This document shows, in pieces, positions 26,122 to 38,613 of a stretch of DNA of 64,000 nt. The stretch is from Anthoceros angustus (Eukaryota > Plantae > Anthocerotophyta): assembly GCA_010909165.1 (NCBI GenBank), contig MU008155.1:1116001-1180000 (forward strand), written 5' to 3'. Numbering within the stretch: position 1 is the first letter of the stretch; the number at the start of each line of letters is the position of its first letter. The position numbers were made by a program, and so were the translations under genes. Under the pieces are notes generated by a model that worked only from the letters and a program-made list of their open reading frames with translations, did not search any database and had not been told where the DNA came from.

Positions 26122-29100
26122 ATTTGTGATATGGGCATCATACGGACATCATAGATTCAGAAGCATAAGGACCAGATGCTGAGGAGCGCGTGAGCGGAAG
26201 AGAATGTCATCGTGAATCGATCAAAAGGTACATAAAGAAGAAGTGTAACCGTTTTTCTAAAGTAATCCTAATTAACTAATCAAATGATACTCTTAACTAG
26301 AGTTAGGTATGAAACAAAACCATATTATCCAATACGCCCCCTCAGACCTAACTCGAAAACAAAACGTTTGGATACGTAATCCACGAGGTCCGGTAGAGGT
26401 GCGCGCCCGTCTTCAGTAAAGTGCTCACGGCTTGCATAAAAAAAAACGATCATACAGTCTGATCACAGCTCACCTGTTAGAGCTCGCGATTGCGATCATA
26501 CTCGCTATTTGGATCCTGCTGCCTCCGAGGCATTCTGCATCACACAGAGCTGGAAGCAGAAGGCGGATGCAAAACCTGGTTGATGTAGCTGAAGATAAGG
26601 CGCCTGATGAGGTTCCCAAAAAAAAAAGGTGAGGAAGGAAATGCGAAGACGCTCATTGCCGCCGGCTTAAGAATGGCGAGAGAGGAGGTAACTCGTGAAC
26701 TTCCAAGCTGCTTAATTCTGCTATTGAAGGTAAGTGATCACCAGTCCTGCTAACCTGCATTGCTGAGAGTGTTGATTCATCCAGGATTAACAGGGGTGTA
26801 GTGATTTGCAGCTAGGGCTCCCGAAACGATCCTGTGTGTCACACATAGGAACTGAAAATGGAGGGGATGGCCCAATGCTGCATCGTAGGGCTCAAAATTA
26901 AGCTGAATCCAGAGGAGGATCCCGACTCCGCTTTAAGATAAGTGTTGGTGGAATCATTAAGCGAGGGAGCATCTATGCGATCATGTGACATCTTAGGAGT
27001 CCCTTAGTAAGAATGTCGCAATGTTGGTGAGGTGTGAACATATTGGGTTATGATTCCCATTTCCACCGCTTGACGGATAAAATGAAATTGAATCTCAATA
27101 TGCTTTGATCGCGTGCGGGATGGGGTTGCCGTGATAGTGATTGGTTGTCGACCGCAATGTGGTTGCTCGAGTTGCTCCTGAATACCATCAAGAAACCGTC
27201 GACCCAAGTGATCTCACGGCAGCAAGTGAAAGAGCACCATACCGCCTCGGTTGAGGAGAGCTGTGGATAACTTTTTGATTGCCAATCGATTGCTGAACCT
27301 TGCAGCAGGACACAATAAGTCGCTATAGACTTGAGAATCAATGTCCCTTGATCGGCATCGAAAACGAGGTAAGAATATCACGCCATGTTGTGAATCTGCG
27401 GATACATGTGTTGGGTCCCTTTCAAATAACGAAGGATACGTTTCCAATGACCCAATGCTTTTGTCCGGTTCTTGAGGAAGCGTGAGACTATACTGACTGG
27501 GAAATATGGACGAGTCCAGCCAGCTAAATATAAAAGGCTCCCAAGCGCCTCTCTGTAAGGTATAGTTGACATAGCGCTCGTTCATTATCGTAGTTGGGGT
27601 GTCCTCAATAGATAGCTTGTCACTAGTGGAACGGAGTAGACCGGGTTTACATCCAGTGATTAAATTTAGTGAGAAGCGTATAAAATGTGATTGATGAATA
27701 CATACAGTCTTGCCCATATCAAAAGCAAAGCAATGCCAAGTGCAAACTTTAAAGGTCCGACATCATGTCCCACTCACAGAGTTCTCGCTTGATGTAGGTC
27801 GGGGATCCGTTGTCACTTGCGAAGATGAAATTATCATCAACATACAAAGCAATGATGCATATCTCGATTGGTCTTCTTGAGGACATAGACGCAATCGGCT
27901 AGAGGTACAAAACCCAGCTATAGTTTCTTATCGACGTGAATTCCATAGGCGTCTTGTTGTTTTAATCCATACAGGATTTCGTGAGTCTACATACCTTGGT
28001 GTGATCGACAATATAGCCTCGGTGGTTCATAAAAATCACCTCGGTAAGATCTCCATTTAAAATGCGGTCTTGGCGTCCATTTGATGGACAATCAACTTAT
28101 GTTTGACGACAGAGTAATATACGCAGACGTTGGCTTTACAAGCGGGCTAAAGGTCTCGTAATCCGGACCATGGACTGAGTGTAGCCCTCGCCACTAACTT
28201 TGGCCTTATAGCGGCCAACAACCGTCTGGATGGAGCTTCAATTTGAAAACCCATTTGGATGTGATGGGTTTTCGATCTCGTGGTAAGGTTACCAACTCCC
28301 ATGTCTTGTTTGATATAAGACTGTTATATTCTGAATCAATAGCTTTCTGCCATTCTGCCTTTTGAGGACCAGACAATGCCTCTTGATAGGTGAGTGATGT
28401 TTGGGGATCTAGGGCGGAAGATCTGCATAAGCAAAGTCGAGAGACTCACGAGGTTGTGCTACATGATCCGCCGTGATTGATAGGTAAAAGTATCACCGGT
28501 GAATAAGGTGGATTAAGCCACTCTTCACGAGGCGATGTGACTGGCTGATCTTCTCAAAGGTGTCATGGAGCCTCTAATGGTAAGTCAACAGTGGATCTAA
28601 GTCCGTAAGTCTGCAGGTTGGTCTAAATCGTCCACTAAAATATTGTGTGGTTGGTCTAATTCATCCACTAAATTATCTGGCGCATCTAACAACCGATCAT
28701 TGAGTGCTAGAATGGGGACAAGCATCTTGGTGTGGTTTAACAAGATCGTAAGAATTCAACCATATCGAAATCGTTGTATTATCAATGGATGATCTAATGG
28801 AAGGTGGCCATACAAGGAAGGTTGTGGAAGAGGCTCATGGCTAGTGGAGGACCGAGATGTGCATTGAATAAAACTCTCATTGAAGCTAACACTACGGGCC
28901 AAGGTAAGTTGCTTAGTGTAAGGGTTGTAGAGCCTATAACCTTTGGAAGTGTCGAATAGCCGACAAAATGTGCTTGGTTGCCCGATTATCCATCTTTCCT
29001 CTCTTGTCGCAGTACATAAGCATATGCCGAATCGAAAATAAAGATGGTGATTCGAGGTTTAGAAGTATGCCATCTCTCAAAGGTGTGTGATCAAATAAGG

Positions 29101-32097
29101 GCTTTCTTTGGCGATGTTATGAACATAGTTTACATGCAATAGCCCAAGATCCTGGTCGCCCGCCAATGAGAGTGTAGCTGCATCTTTCATGTAACGTGCG
29201 GTTGTAACGTTCTGCGAAAGAGTTTTGTGCAGGGTGGTATGGCACAGTAAGTTGGTGGATGATTCCTTTCTCCTGACAGAAGGACTGAAAAACATGGCTG
29301 AGGTACTCTGGTGCATTGTCACTGCGCAATCTCTTTAGTGTTTTTCCAGTTTGTGTTTCAGCCATGTGCACGTATTCTACAAACTTGTCATATGTTTGGT
29401 GTCTGCCATGCAGGAAATATAAGGTGCAAAAGTGACTCCATTCATCCAGAAAGGTTAAAAAATAGATAGCTCCACCAAAAGAGCTCGTGGACATGGGTCC
29501 ACATATATCAGAATGGACCATATCGAGAAGGCCTGCTGCTTTTGTAGGCTCAGGGTCATTATATGGCTTCTGAGCCATCTTCCCTACTTGACAGTTCTCA
29601 CAGAAAAGGTGATCAGTAACTTTAAATGTTAAAGCATCTTTATATAGTTTTGGCTTACCAACCAGCTGTCGTATGTAGGTGATGCTGGGGTGACACATGC
29701 GACAGTGCCAGAGCAAAGTCTTATCCACATCAGGTCGAGCGTCAATAACTAATGAGCGGGCTGCTGAAGATACTGCCTCAAACCTATATAGGTCATGATA
29801 TACCACTCCCGTTGCAAGTAGGAGGGATGTATCATATGCTGATGTAACCATGCAGCCAGTAGGTGTAAAAACTACTTGTAGCTCATGGTCTGAAATAAGC
29901 TTTCGTATAGATAGCAAGTTCTTAGTCATCTAGGGTACATGGAGTACGTCAAGATGTATCTCTTTGTCTCCTCCTGTGGTAGGACTTCTCCTAAGCTCAC
30001 GGCCAAACCACCGCCATCGCCGAGCGACAAATTGACTAGGCAAGTGGCGGTGTAAGTGATGAACTTCTCGCGGTTGGCATATGTGGTTTGTTGCGCGTAA
30101 TCGAGAAACCACATGTCACTATCTGCTTGTGTTAAGGATAGGCACACTGCCAAAATGGTTGGAGACTTAACACGTTGTGGGCTACTTGTTTGTCCACGAG
30201 TCACTAGGTGTGATTCTCCTCCAAGAGGAGCTTCTCGCCTGGGTTCCCCAGCGCGCTTTTTTCTACACTCATGCTCAAAACGTCCTGGTATTAGACACCA
30301 GTGACATGTACCTTTAACCTTTCGCTGCATCTGTGGAAAGGAGGGTGAAGTGTAGGGTCTCCTGGATTGGAAAGGTGGCCTATAAGGACCTCGACCTCGC
30401 CCACGTCCCCTGGAGGTAAAAAGAACTTGCGAGTTGTGATGTTGAGTACGTCCACTTCCTCATCCTGTCCTGCTTGACTCCTCCTCAAGCAGGGCTCCAA
30501 CAATTTGTGCATCTTGTGCACAAGACCTGCTGGTGAAGTGGCCGACAAAAGCCCTATAGCTGGGTGGAAGTGACGTTAAAAGAGCAACTACTGCTTGTGG
30601 TTCAGTCAGGTTGTGGCCACAAGAGGCGAGCTTGGCTCTCAAGGTGCGGAATTTATGCACATGATGCTCAATGTTGTCGTATCTTTCATACGGAGGCGTA
30701 TAGTAATCTAGTTGCATTAACTAAGGACATGGAGTCCTTAGCTGCGAATAGGTCCGTGAAAACCTTCCATACTTGGTGATGTAGCTTGGCCTTGGGTATC
30801 TTTGAATCATATTCTTGTCCGTCGGAAAGTATAATACTGCTCGCTTATCCTGCTTTGTTCAGACTTATCAACATCAATCGGCTTGGCTACTTTTCCAAGG
30901 ACCATATCCATTAGGTCATGCTCCTCCGCAACGCCGTAATCCGCATCTCCTGTGTCGGTTCCATTAAACCGATCTCGGTCTTTGAAGTCAATTTTGTGGT
31001 ATTGTTAATGATGGTACTAGTGCTACCACCTCCTCCTGTAGCCATGGTTTGTCTTGTGTGAGGAAAAGGGCGTGCAGGAAAACGTGGGATATAATGTAAA
31101 GATCTGTTTGGAGGAGACCACATGCAAAATAAGGCTATGCTACAATTAGCCTCGCTGACCTAATGGCTAAGGGGTCGAAAGATTGGGATCTTCCCAAACA
31201 TGGTGGAGAGAGACTCTAAGACTTGTTCAATGGGTTCAGGCATGAGCAAGCAGCCGTAGGAGGAATCGAGCAGGAGATGTCGGTGATTTGTTTGTATGAA
31301 GGCGGGTTGCGAACTAGTTCTAAGTTAGCAAAGTCATGTGACGTGTAAATTGCTTAGTCAAAACTCCAATTTGTTTGTGCAAAGAGATCGAGTTCTTTCT
31401 TATGATTATGTTTTGCTACATGTGTGTATTCTTGCAAGTCTTAAGTGTGATCCGAGGTTCTTAATGGCCGAGTCGGGTCTTTACTCGGACAGGAAAATCG
31501 AACTATTGCATCGTAGAGTGTATATCACCGATGATGCAGTGTATTCACGTCCGGTGATTACGAGCTTGCAAAGGAAAAGAAAACAGCAATGTTGGAATCT
31601 GTCATTCCTCCTGCAAGGCATATTTGTAAGCAAGTCACTTGTGCTTTCTCTCAAAGCACTCCCATTTGCTTTGTGCCAAAATTACTTGCGTGTTCTAATT
31701 TGCGGTCTCCGGAGAGGCGTTTGTCTGTCCATCCCTATCAACATCGGGAGAAAGACGCCTAATTGCGCTCCGAGACATCGTAGAATGTTGAAAACAAGCC
31801 GTTCCGCTTCCTTGGGTCAATTAAAATTGCGGCCTTGATCCAATGACGGGGCATTGGTAATACACGATGATTGAATGGCTCGATACCAATTTGTGATATG
31901 GGCATCATACGGACATCATAGATTGAAGCATAAGGACCGATCTTTGAGGAGCGTGAGCGGAAGAGAATGTCATCGTGAATCAATCAAAAGGTACATAAAG
32001 AAGAAGTGTAACCGTTTTTCTAAAGTAATCCTAGTTAACTAATCAAATGATACTCTTAACTAGAGTTAGGTATGAAACAAAACCATATTATCCAATA
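26122..32097 (-). mobile_element. Copia C, nested in Copia B, heavily frameshifted
   Basis: LTRs 31889-32097 and 26122-26334; primer-binding-site-like TGGTATCGAGCC at 31877-31888; polypurine tract GAGGGGG next to 26335; TSD TACTC. Gag, zinc knuckle CHWCLIPGRFEHEC, WFLD protease, integrase HSDICGP...RSDNAPEY...QNSFAERYN, and RT/RNase H remnants. Confidence 0.92.
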
Positions 32098-32102
32098 TAC
32101 TC

Positions 32103-35100
32103 CAGCCTGTTTTCGCAAATCCCCGCCTTTACCACCCTTGCGCCAGGGACCGGGATTCATGCTTCAGCGCCAGGTGCCGGACCTTCTGCCTCAATGCCAA
32201 ACCCAGGAGTTGTTTTTGGGAATCCTTTGCCTGCACCAGGAGCTGGATTCGCCAATTCTCTGCCCGGTTTTGGAGTTGGATTAGGTAACCCTCCGCCAGG
32301 CCCTGGAACTGGATTCGGTCCTCCTCTGCCTCCCCCGCCAGCACCGGGAGCAGGATTTGGCCAAGCCCTCTTGCCTCCATACACACAAACATACCAGCCC
32401 TCTTATACAATCGAGTTCAAGGAACGAGATAGGTTTAACGGCAATAAATACCCTGTGTGGAGCGTTCGAATGAGAGCTGTCCTTGATGCCAGACATGTGT
32501 GGACAGTCGTGAGCAGGCACTCTCAACAACCTGCAGTCACTGCCAGCCAGCTTGACAAGGACAGGTGGGAAAATGCCAACAATGTGGCACGAGCCCTCAT
32601 AATCAGTGGGCTTGATGAGGTACTTGTTCCAGACGTGGCTTATCTTGTGAAAGCAGAAGACATATGGAATCAGCTTTCACAGACCTATGATGTTAAGAAC
32701 ATTCTCACCCTTGTAGCCGTTAGGGGCAAGCTGTTTACCCTTCGCATGAAAGACAATGAGAAAGTTGCTGTCTTCGTAGCCAAGTTTAGACACTTGCGTG
32801 CCCAAATGGCTTCCTTAGGTTCTCCAATGACACAACTTGATGCAGTAGCCCAACTTCTGACTAGCCTGCCTGCCAGTTACCAGCCTTTTGTTTCCAGCTA
32901 TGGAGCATCATTACGTGATGCAGGAAAAGCTGCAGCTGCAGGACAGCAGGTCCAGATTAGCTTCACTGACGTAGTGGGGGCCCTATTCCAAGAGGAGCCC
33001 ATAGCCCATTCCAACTCTGCATTTAAAATCGAGTTTTGTTTACCTCCAAGCCACGAATTTTCAACAAGAACAAGAATTCTTCTGCTGGCTCCTCTAAAGA
33101 CACAAAACCAGGCGGACCAAGCAGGCTGGCTCATGCAATCGGTGTGGCTCTCCTGCCAGGAGCGGGAGGTCAGAAAGAAATCTGGAGAGCCCAAAAAGGC
33201 CGAGAGATCCCACAAAGGGGCTGAGGCACACACGGTCTCCAAGGACAAATCTTCACAAGGCAAACAGCCAGTTGTGATGACAATCTGCTTTTCCACATCT
33301 TCCAAGACACATGACGCTTGGTACTTGGACTCAAGGGCCACAACCCACATCTGCCACAATCGGAGTTTAATGAGCAACTTTGTTCCTCTACATACATCTG
33401 AGAAGGTACTGCTTGGTGATGAACTCACCCGTTCAGGTCTCAAGATATTGGGGAAGGGTTCCTCCTATTTCCTGAAACCGAACGCCAGTCTTCTTTGTCT
33501 TGATAATGTCTTGTATGTCCCTGACATGGCCAAACATTTGCTATCTGTTAGCCTGCTCATGCATATGAAATATTTTGATCTAACCTTCAATTCTTCTGGC
33601 TGTCTCATCTCAAAGCGGGGCTCCAGCAGCTCTGTGGTGGCCAGAGGTCTGTTAGAGCATGATCTCTACATGTTAGACTTATCATGCGTACCTGCTGTAA
33701 GTACACATGTTGCTGCACAATCACAAGCTACACTAGCACAGCTTTGGCATGCTCGATTAGGACATACAAATAGGGACAAGCTTGTCAAGATGTCTCACCT
33801 AGAATGCTATAGGGAACGATTGCCCAAATGTTTTAAGGAGCTCCCTCCCTGTGATTCTTGCACAGTTGCAAAGCAGAAGGAGTTGCCTTTTCCCTCTAAT
33901 GTTGCATTCAGGACTTCAAATGTCCTAGACCTTGTCCACACTGACATATCAGGGAAGATCCATGTACCGTCACTTGGTGGCTCTCTCTACTACTTGACCA
34001 TCACTGACGACTACAGTCGTTACTCTTGGACTTACCCAATGAAGAAGAAATCTGACACATTTCAGTTTTTCCAAGAGTGGCTGGTTATGGTACAAAGACA
34101 GACAGGATGCTTCCTACGCTGCCTCAGGTCAGACAATGGTACTGAATTTGTGAACTCCCCTTTTGATGACTACTTGGCTGCTCAAGGAATCACTCGCCAG
34201 TTGAGCATCCCGTATACCCAGCAACAAAATGGGGTTGCTGAGCGGCGAAATCAAACCCTGCTCAGCATGACAAGAAGCATGTTAGCCTGGTCTCGATTGA
34301 GTAAGGCATACTGGGCAGAGGCTGTAGTCGCTGCCACCTACATCCTCAACAGACTTCTCACAAAATCTGTCCCTGACCGAACACCTTTTGAGGTCATATG
34401 GAAACGGAAACCTAGCCTGCTACATTTACGGGTATTTGGCTCACCTGCCTATGCCTTCATTCATGCTGAGCAGCGCAAGAAGCTTGATGATCGGGCCAGA
34501 CCTCTCATATTTATTGGTTATGGCGAAGAGACAAAGGCCTATAAACTCTATGATCCACCTACCAAATCTATTTGCCCGTAGCGTGACATTCAAGGTGCTT
34601 GCCCACCCAACACCTTGGACGGCTGCCTTGGATTCTGAGTTTCTTAGCCCTCCTCTTCCTCCTGAACTAAAAGACTTTGATGAGTCTCCTTCAGAATACC
34701 CTCAGGATGCTGCTTATGACGCCTTTCTTTCATACATGCAGCAACAACAACAAGCACCAGGGGGTGGAAATCCAGCATCTCAACTTCAGCACACAGTACA
34801 ACAGCAACTTCACAATACACCTGCAGCACTACCAGTTATTCCACTAGATGAAGCGGTGACTACGCGGCTCCACATTCTTGGCCAGCGCTATGATTCTGCG
34901 CCACACATTCGGGTTGATTGCGTCTGCGTCTGATCTGGTGAACATCTTTGAGCGGATAACCCTCACCTTGAGACTGATGAGCCCGCTGACATGGCTGAAG
35001 CTGAGACCACTGCTCCTGCACCTGTTATTGAGGAAAGGAGATATCCTAGCAGATCACGTCCATCTTGTGACCAATGGCAAGAGAAACCATATCAGCCTGA

Positions 35101-36699
35101 AGACTTTACGCAACCTCGCTCAGCTAGGCTATGTGAAGCTTTCTCTACAAATACTGCTCACCCTGCTAAGCCCCGTACATACAAGGAAGCTATTTCTGGT
35201 AACGACAAGCACCACTGGCTACCATCCATACAGGACGAATATGACTCACTCATGAAAAACGAGACGTGGGAGCTATGTCCTTTACCTGCTGGACGCAAGA
35301 CGGTGAGCTGGAAGTGGGTGTTTAAACACAAGCTAAACGCTAAGGGAGAAATTGCCAGGTACAAGAGTCGCCTCGTTGCAAGAGGATTTTCACAGGTAGC
35401 TGGTGTCGACTTCAACGAAACATTCAGCCCTGTGGTCAAGACCCAATCCATGAGGATGATGCTAGCATTAGCAGCAGCAAAGGACTGGGACCTCGAGCAA
35501 ATGGATGTTTCGACAGTGTTTTTATATGGAGACCTTGAGGAGGACATCTTCATGGAACAACCTGAGGGTTTCGTAGACCCTGAACACCCTACCTGGGTTT
35601 GTAAGCTGAAGAAGACTCTGTATGGTTTGAAACAGAGTGCACGGGAGTGGTACAAATGTATCGATAAGTACCTGAAATCCATAGGCTGTATTCAGAATCC
35701 AGCAGATGCAATGTATATGTTTATACCAAGGGAGAACACATGGTGATCTTAGCTCTGTACGTCGACGACGCAATCCTCGCTTCAAACAACAGGAAGCTGC
35801 TAGACTGGTTTAAAGGTATGCTTCATCAACGTTATGATATGAAAGATATCGGAGCTCTTACCTTTGTACTTGGTGTTCAGCTTTTGCGTGATAGAGCTAA
35901 CAGAACTTTGATTCTTCATCAAACTAAATACATCAATGAAACCCTTCGACAATTTAATCTGCAAGATGCAAAGCCCGTAAGCACCCCTGGCATCGTTAGT
36001 GTGAAGCTCACTTCTCTTCAGAGCCCTCAAAATGAAACTGATCGAGAACATATGAGCTTGGTACCTTACCGACATGCCGTTGGGTGCCTCAACTACATAA
36101 GCTGCTGGACACAACAAGATATCCAGCACTCTGTTAGTGCCGTGTCTCAGTATCTGGAGGACCCTGGCCAAGATCATTGGATCGCAGTTAAGCGGATCCT
36201 GCGTTATCTGAAGGGTACCTCTACACTTGGGCTGTGCTTTAGAGGAATGAATGAGGAAATCAGCCTGGTAGGGTATGCAGACGCCGACTGGGCAACCGAC
36301 CCAGACCAGCGCCGTAGTATCTCAGCGTACTGTTTTCTACTCTCTGGAGCTGCAGTGAATTGGAGTTCTAAGAAGCAGGCTTCCGTGGCACTCTCATCCA
36401 CGGAAGCTGAGTATAAAGCACTGACAAATTCTGCCAAAGAGGCGGAGTGGGAGAGGACTTTCCTAGCAGGTTTGCACTTCACACAACAGGTTCCAACTAC
36501 CATCTTCTGCGACAATATGTCGACCATAGCACTGGTAGGGAATCCATGTTTTCACGCTCGGACTAAGCACATAGAGATTCATCACCATTTTGTTAGGCAC
36601 TCTGTAGAACGCAAAGTGGTTTCAATAGAGCACATCTCTACAGAGCTGAACACAGCAGACCTCCTTACTAAGAGTCTCTGTCGCGCGGCAGCCGCATAG
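32103..36699 (+). pseudogene. Copia B gag-pol polyprotein (Gag, PR, IN, RT, RNase H) with a few frameshifts
   Basis: FNGNKYPVWSVRM, WYLDSRATTH, LWHARLGH, VHTDISG, RSDNGTEF, QNGVAERRN, YKSRLVARGFSQ, LYVDD, DADWA, RTKHIEIHHHF. Confidence 0.95.
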
Positions 36700-38613
36700 C
36701 TGCATGCCTACCTAGCCTGTCTACCAAGCTAAGTCTCTAAGCACTAGCCTGCCTGCGATCTCCTTGGCCTATGGCCCAGGAGCAATAACCTAGCCATAAA
36801 TTGTCCTTGGCCTATCACCAAGGGCAAGGCTACAAAAAGGGCTGGGTCTGCCTAAGAGAGACAGGCCCAGGGCCGTGAACAGGTGAAATCAAGATGGAAA
36901 ATTCTCCCAACTTGGCAATGCAACGAACCACAAGAACCTCTAGGAGACAAAGACACAGTAGGGACGAAGTATGGCTGTCTATTAGAACAAGACAAACATC
37001 AACAATCCAAGAATCCATGGCTGGGTGCCCACATATATAGGCAAAACCCCCAGGAGTTCTCGATGAAGTGTCCACCCGTATCGATGGTGGGCACTTTATA
37101 ATCCTACTTTCCTTGGCCTTCGAAATAATAATATTTTATGTGTCTAACAGCCTATTCGCCCTTTTCCTTGATTTACGATTTTTATGTATTTTCTAATATA
37201 AATCTGCTATCTATATATGCGTCATAGCACCGCGCCTTACATGCATAACCATGCATATAGATTGCATGCGCCATGACACATCACCTGCCACATGTCCACA
37301 TACATCACATGTCATCCTTCATCTCCATACGCATATATGCATACATGGCACACATGTCATACATGTCATACATGTCATGTACAGGCCATCCGTGGGCCAT
37401 GTACATGACATCATCAAGCACTTCAGCATCAGGGCTTATGCCCAGGATGCTCCAGTCAGTATCCAGTCATTTTAGCATTCAGGGCTTATGCCCAGGATGC
37501 TCTAGTCAGTATCCAGTCATAGAGTCTTAGGTGCTCTGTTTCCCCTACAGCAACAGCATGACATCTCCCTACTCTTAAGCACAATTTTCATACAGAAGCC
37601 CTCGGCTTAGTAGATTACAATTCCTACCTTCTGAACGCATCAGTGAGACAATCATCATGAGGACTTCAGTGATGCCTGGCGGATGAAGCTCGAAGACCCT
37701 ATCCAATCGCCTGGATTCACCCTCAATCAGTCTGGTAATGGCAACTTAGCTGCTGCTGCCAGGTGTTTTTCCAGCTTTTTGCCCTGCTCCTTAGCAACTA
37801 CAGGATCTGCTGGAGGCAACTTCACTTCCACCAACAGGACCAGCTTGATTCTCCATCCCCCTATGTTCAGCTTTTGCTTAGTGGTGTATCCCATGGCCGT
37901 TTCTGCTTGCTCTGGCGCTGCTCGTTGCTTTCGCCTGGATTTGATTTTCAGCTCATCTCGCTAGTGATGCAATAGCAGGAAGACTGCCAATGTACAGAGA
38001 TTCACTACCAACAGTATCGCTCCAGCCATCACTCTGTTTCGTGCCTCACTGGTTCCGTTTTTTCGCCCGCTGCTGATTTAACCCCTATCGTGGTTAAGGG
38101 GGTATGTTGGAATAACTGCCCTAGGTTATATGTGTAACCACGCTTATGGGTTAAGTAGTTAGGGTTACTGAAAGGTCACTTAGAGAACAAACATCATATA
38201 TCTTCAAGAGGGGGAATATACAAACCCTCTTCAGTTGCTGGTGGACCCTCTTGACAAACATCGCACCTTCGGAAACTATGATTTTTCACGTTGGTGGCGT
38301 ATGTCCACCCTTGTCCGATAGATCCCATTTTGAAACAACGGTTTCACGCGGTTCCATGTGTGCGTGTAGTAAACTATCGCCGGCGGCGATAGTTGAACCC
38401 TAAGTAAAGCAATGCTCCAAACTAGAGGAAAGAAAATTAAAATTCCGCCACTTCAAGAAGGTTTTACCGCAAACTATGGGAGTGGCCAACCTTCAAGTAT
38501 ACCTCTATCCGACCACAAAACTTATCGTTTAATCTGAATAGACCACATACGGGGCGTCTACCTGGATCATTAGGAGGGCTCATCTGCGACTCGTCTCGCT
38601 GTCACATCACAGT

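Noticed and set aside
32047-32102. N-terminus of the 844-aa ORF
   Set aside because: It derives from the Copia C LTR and TSD, so it is not the real Gag start.
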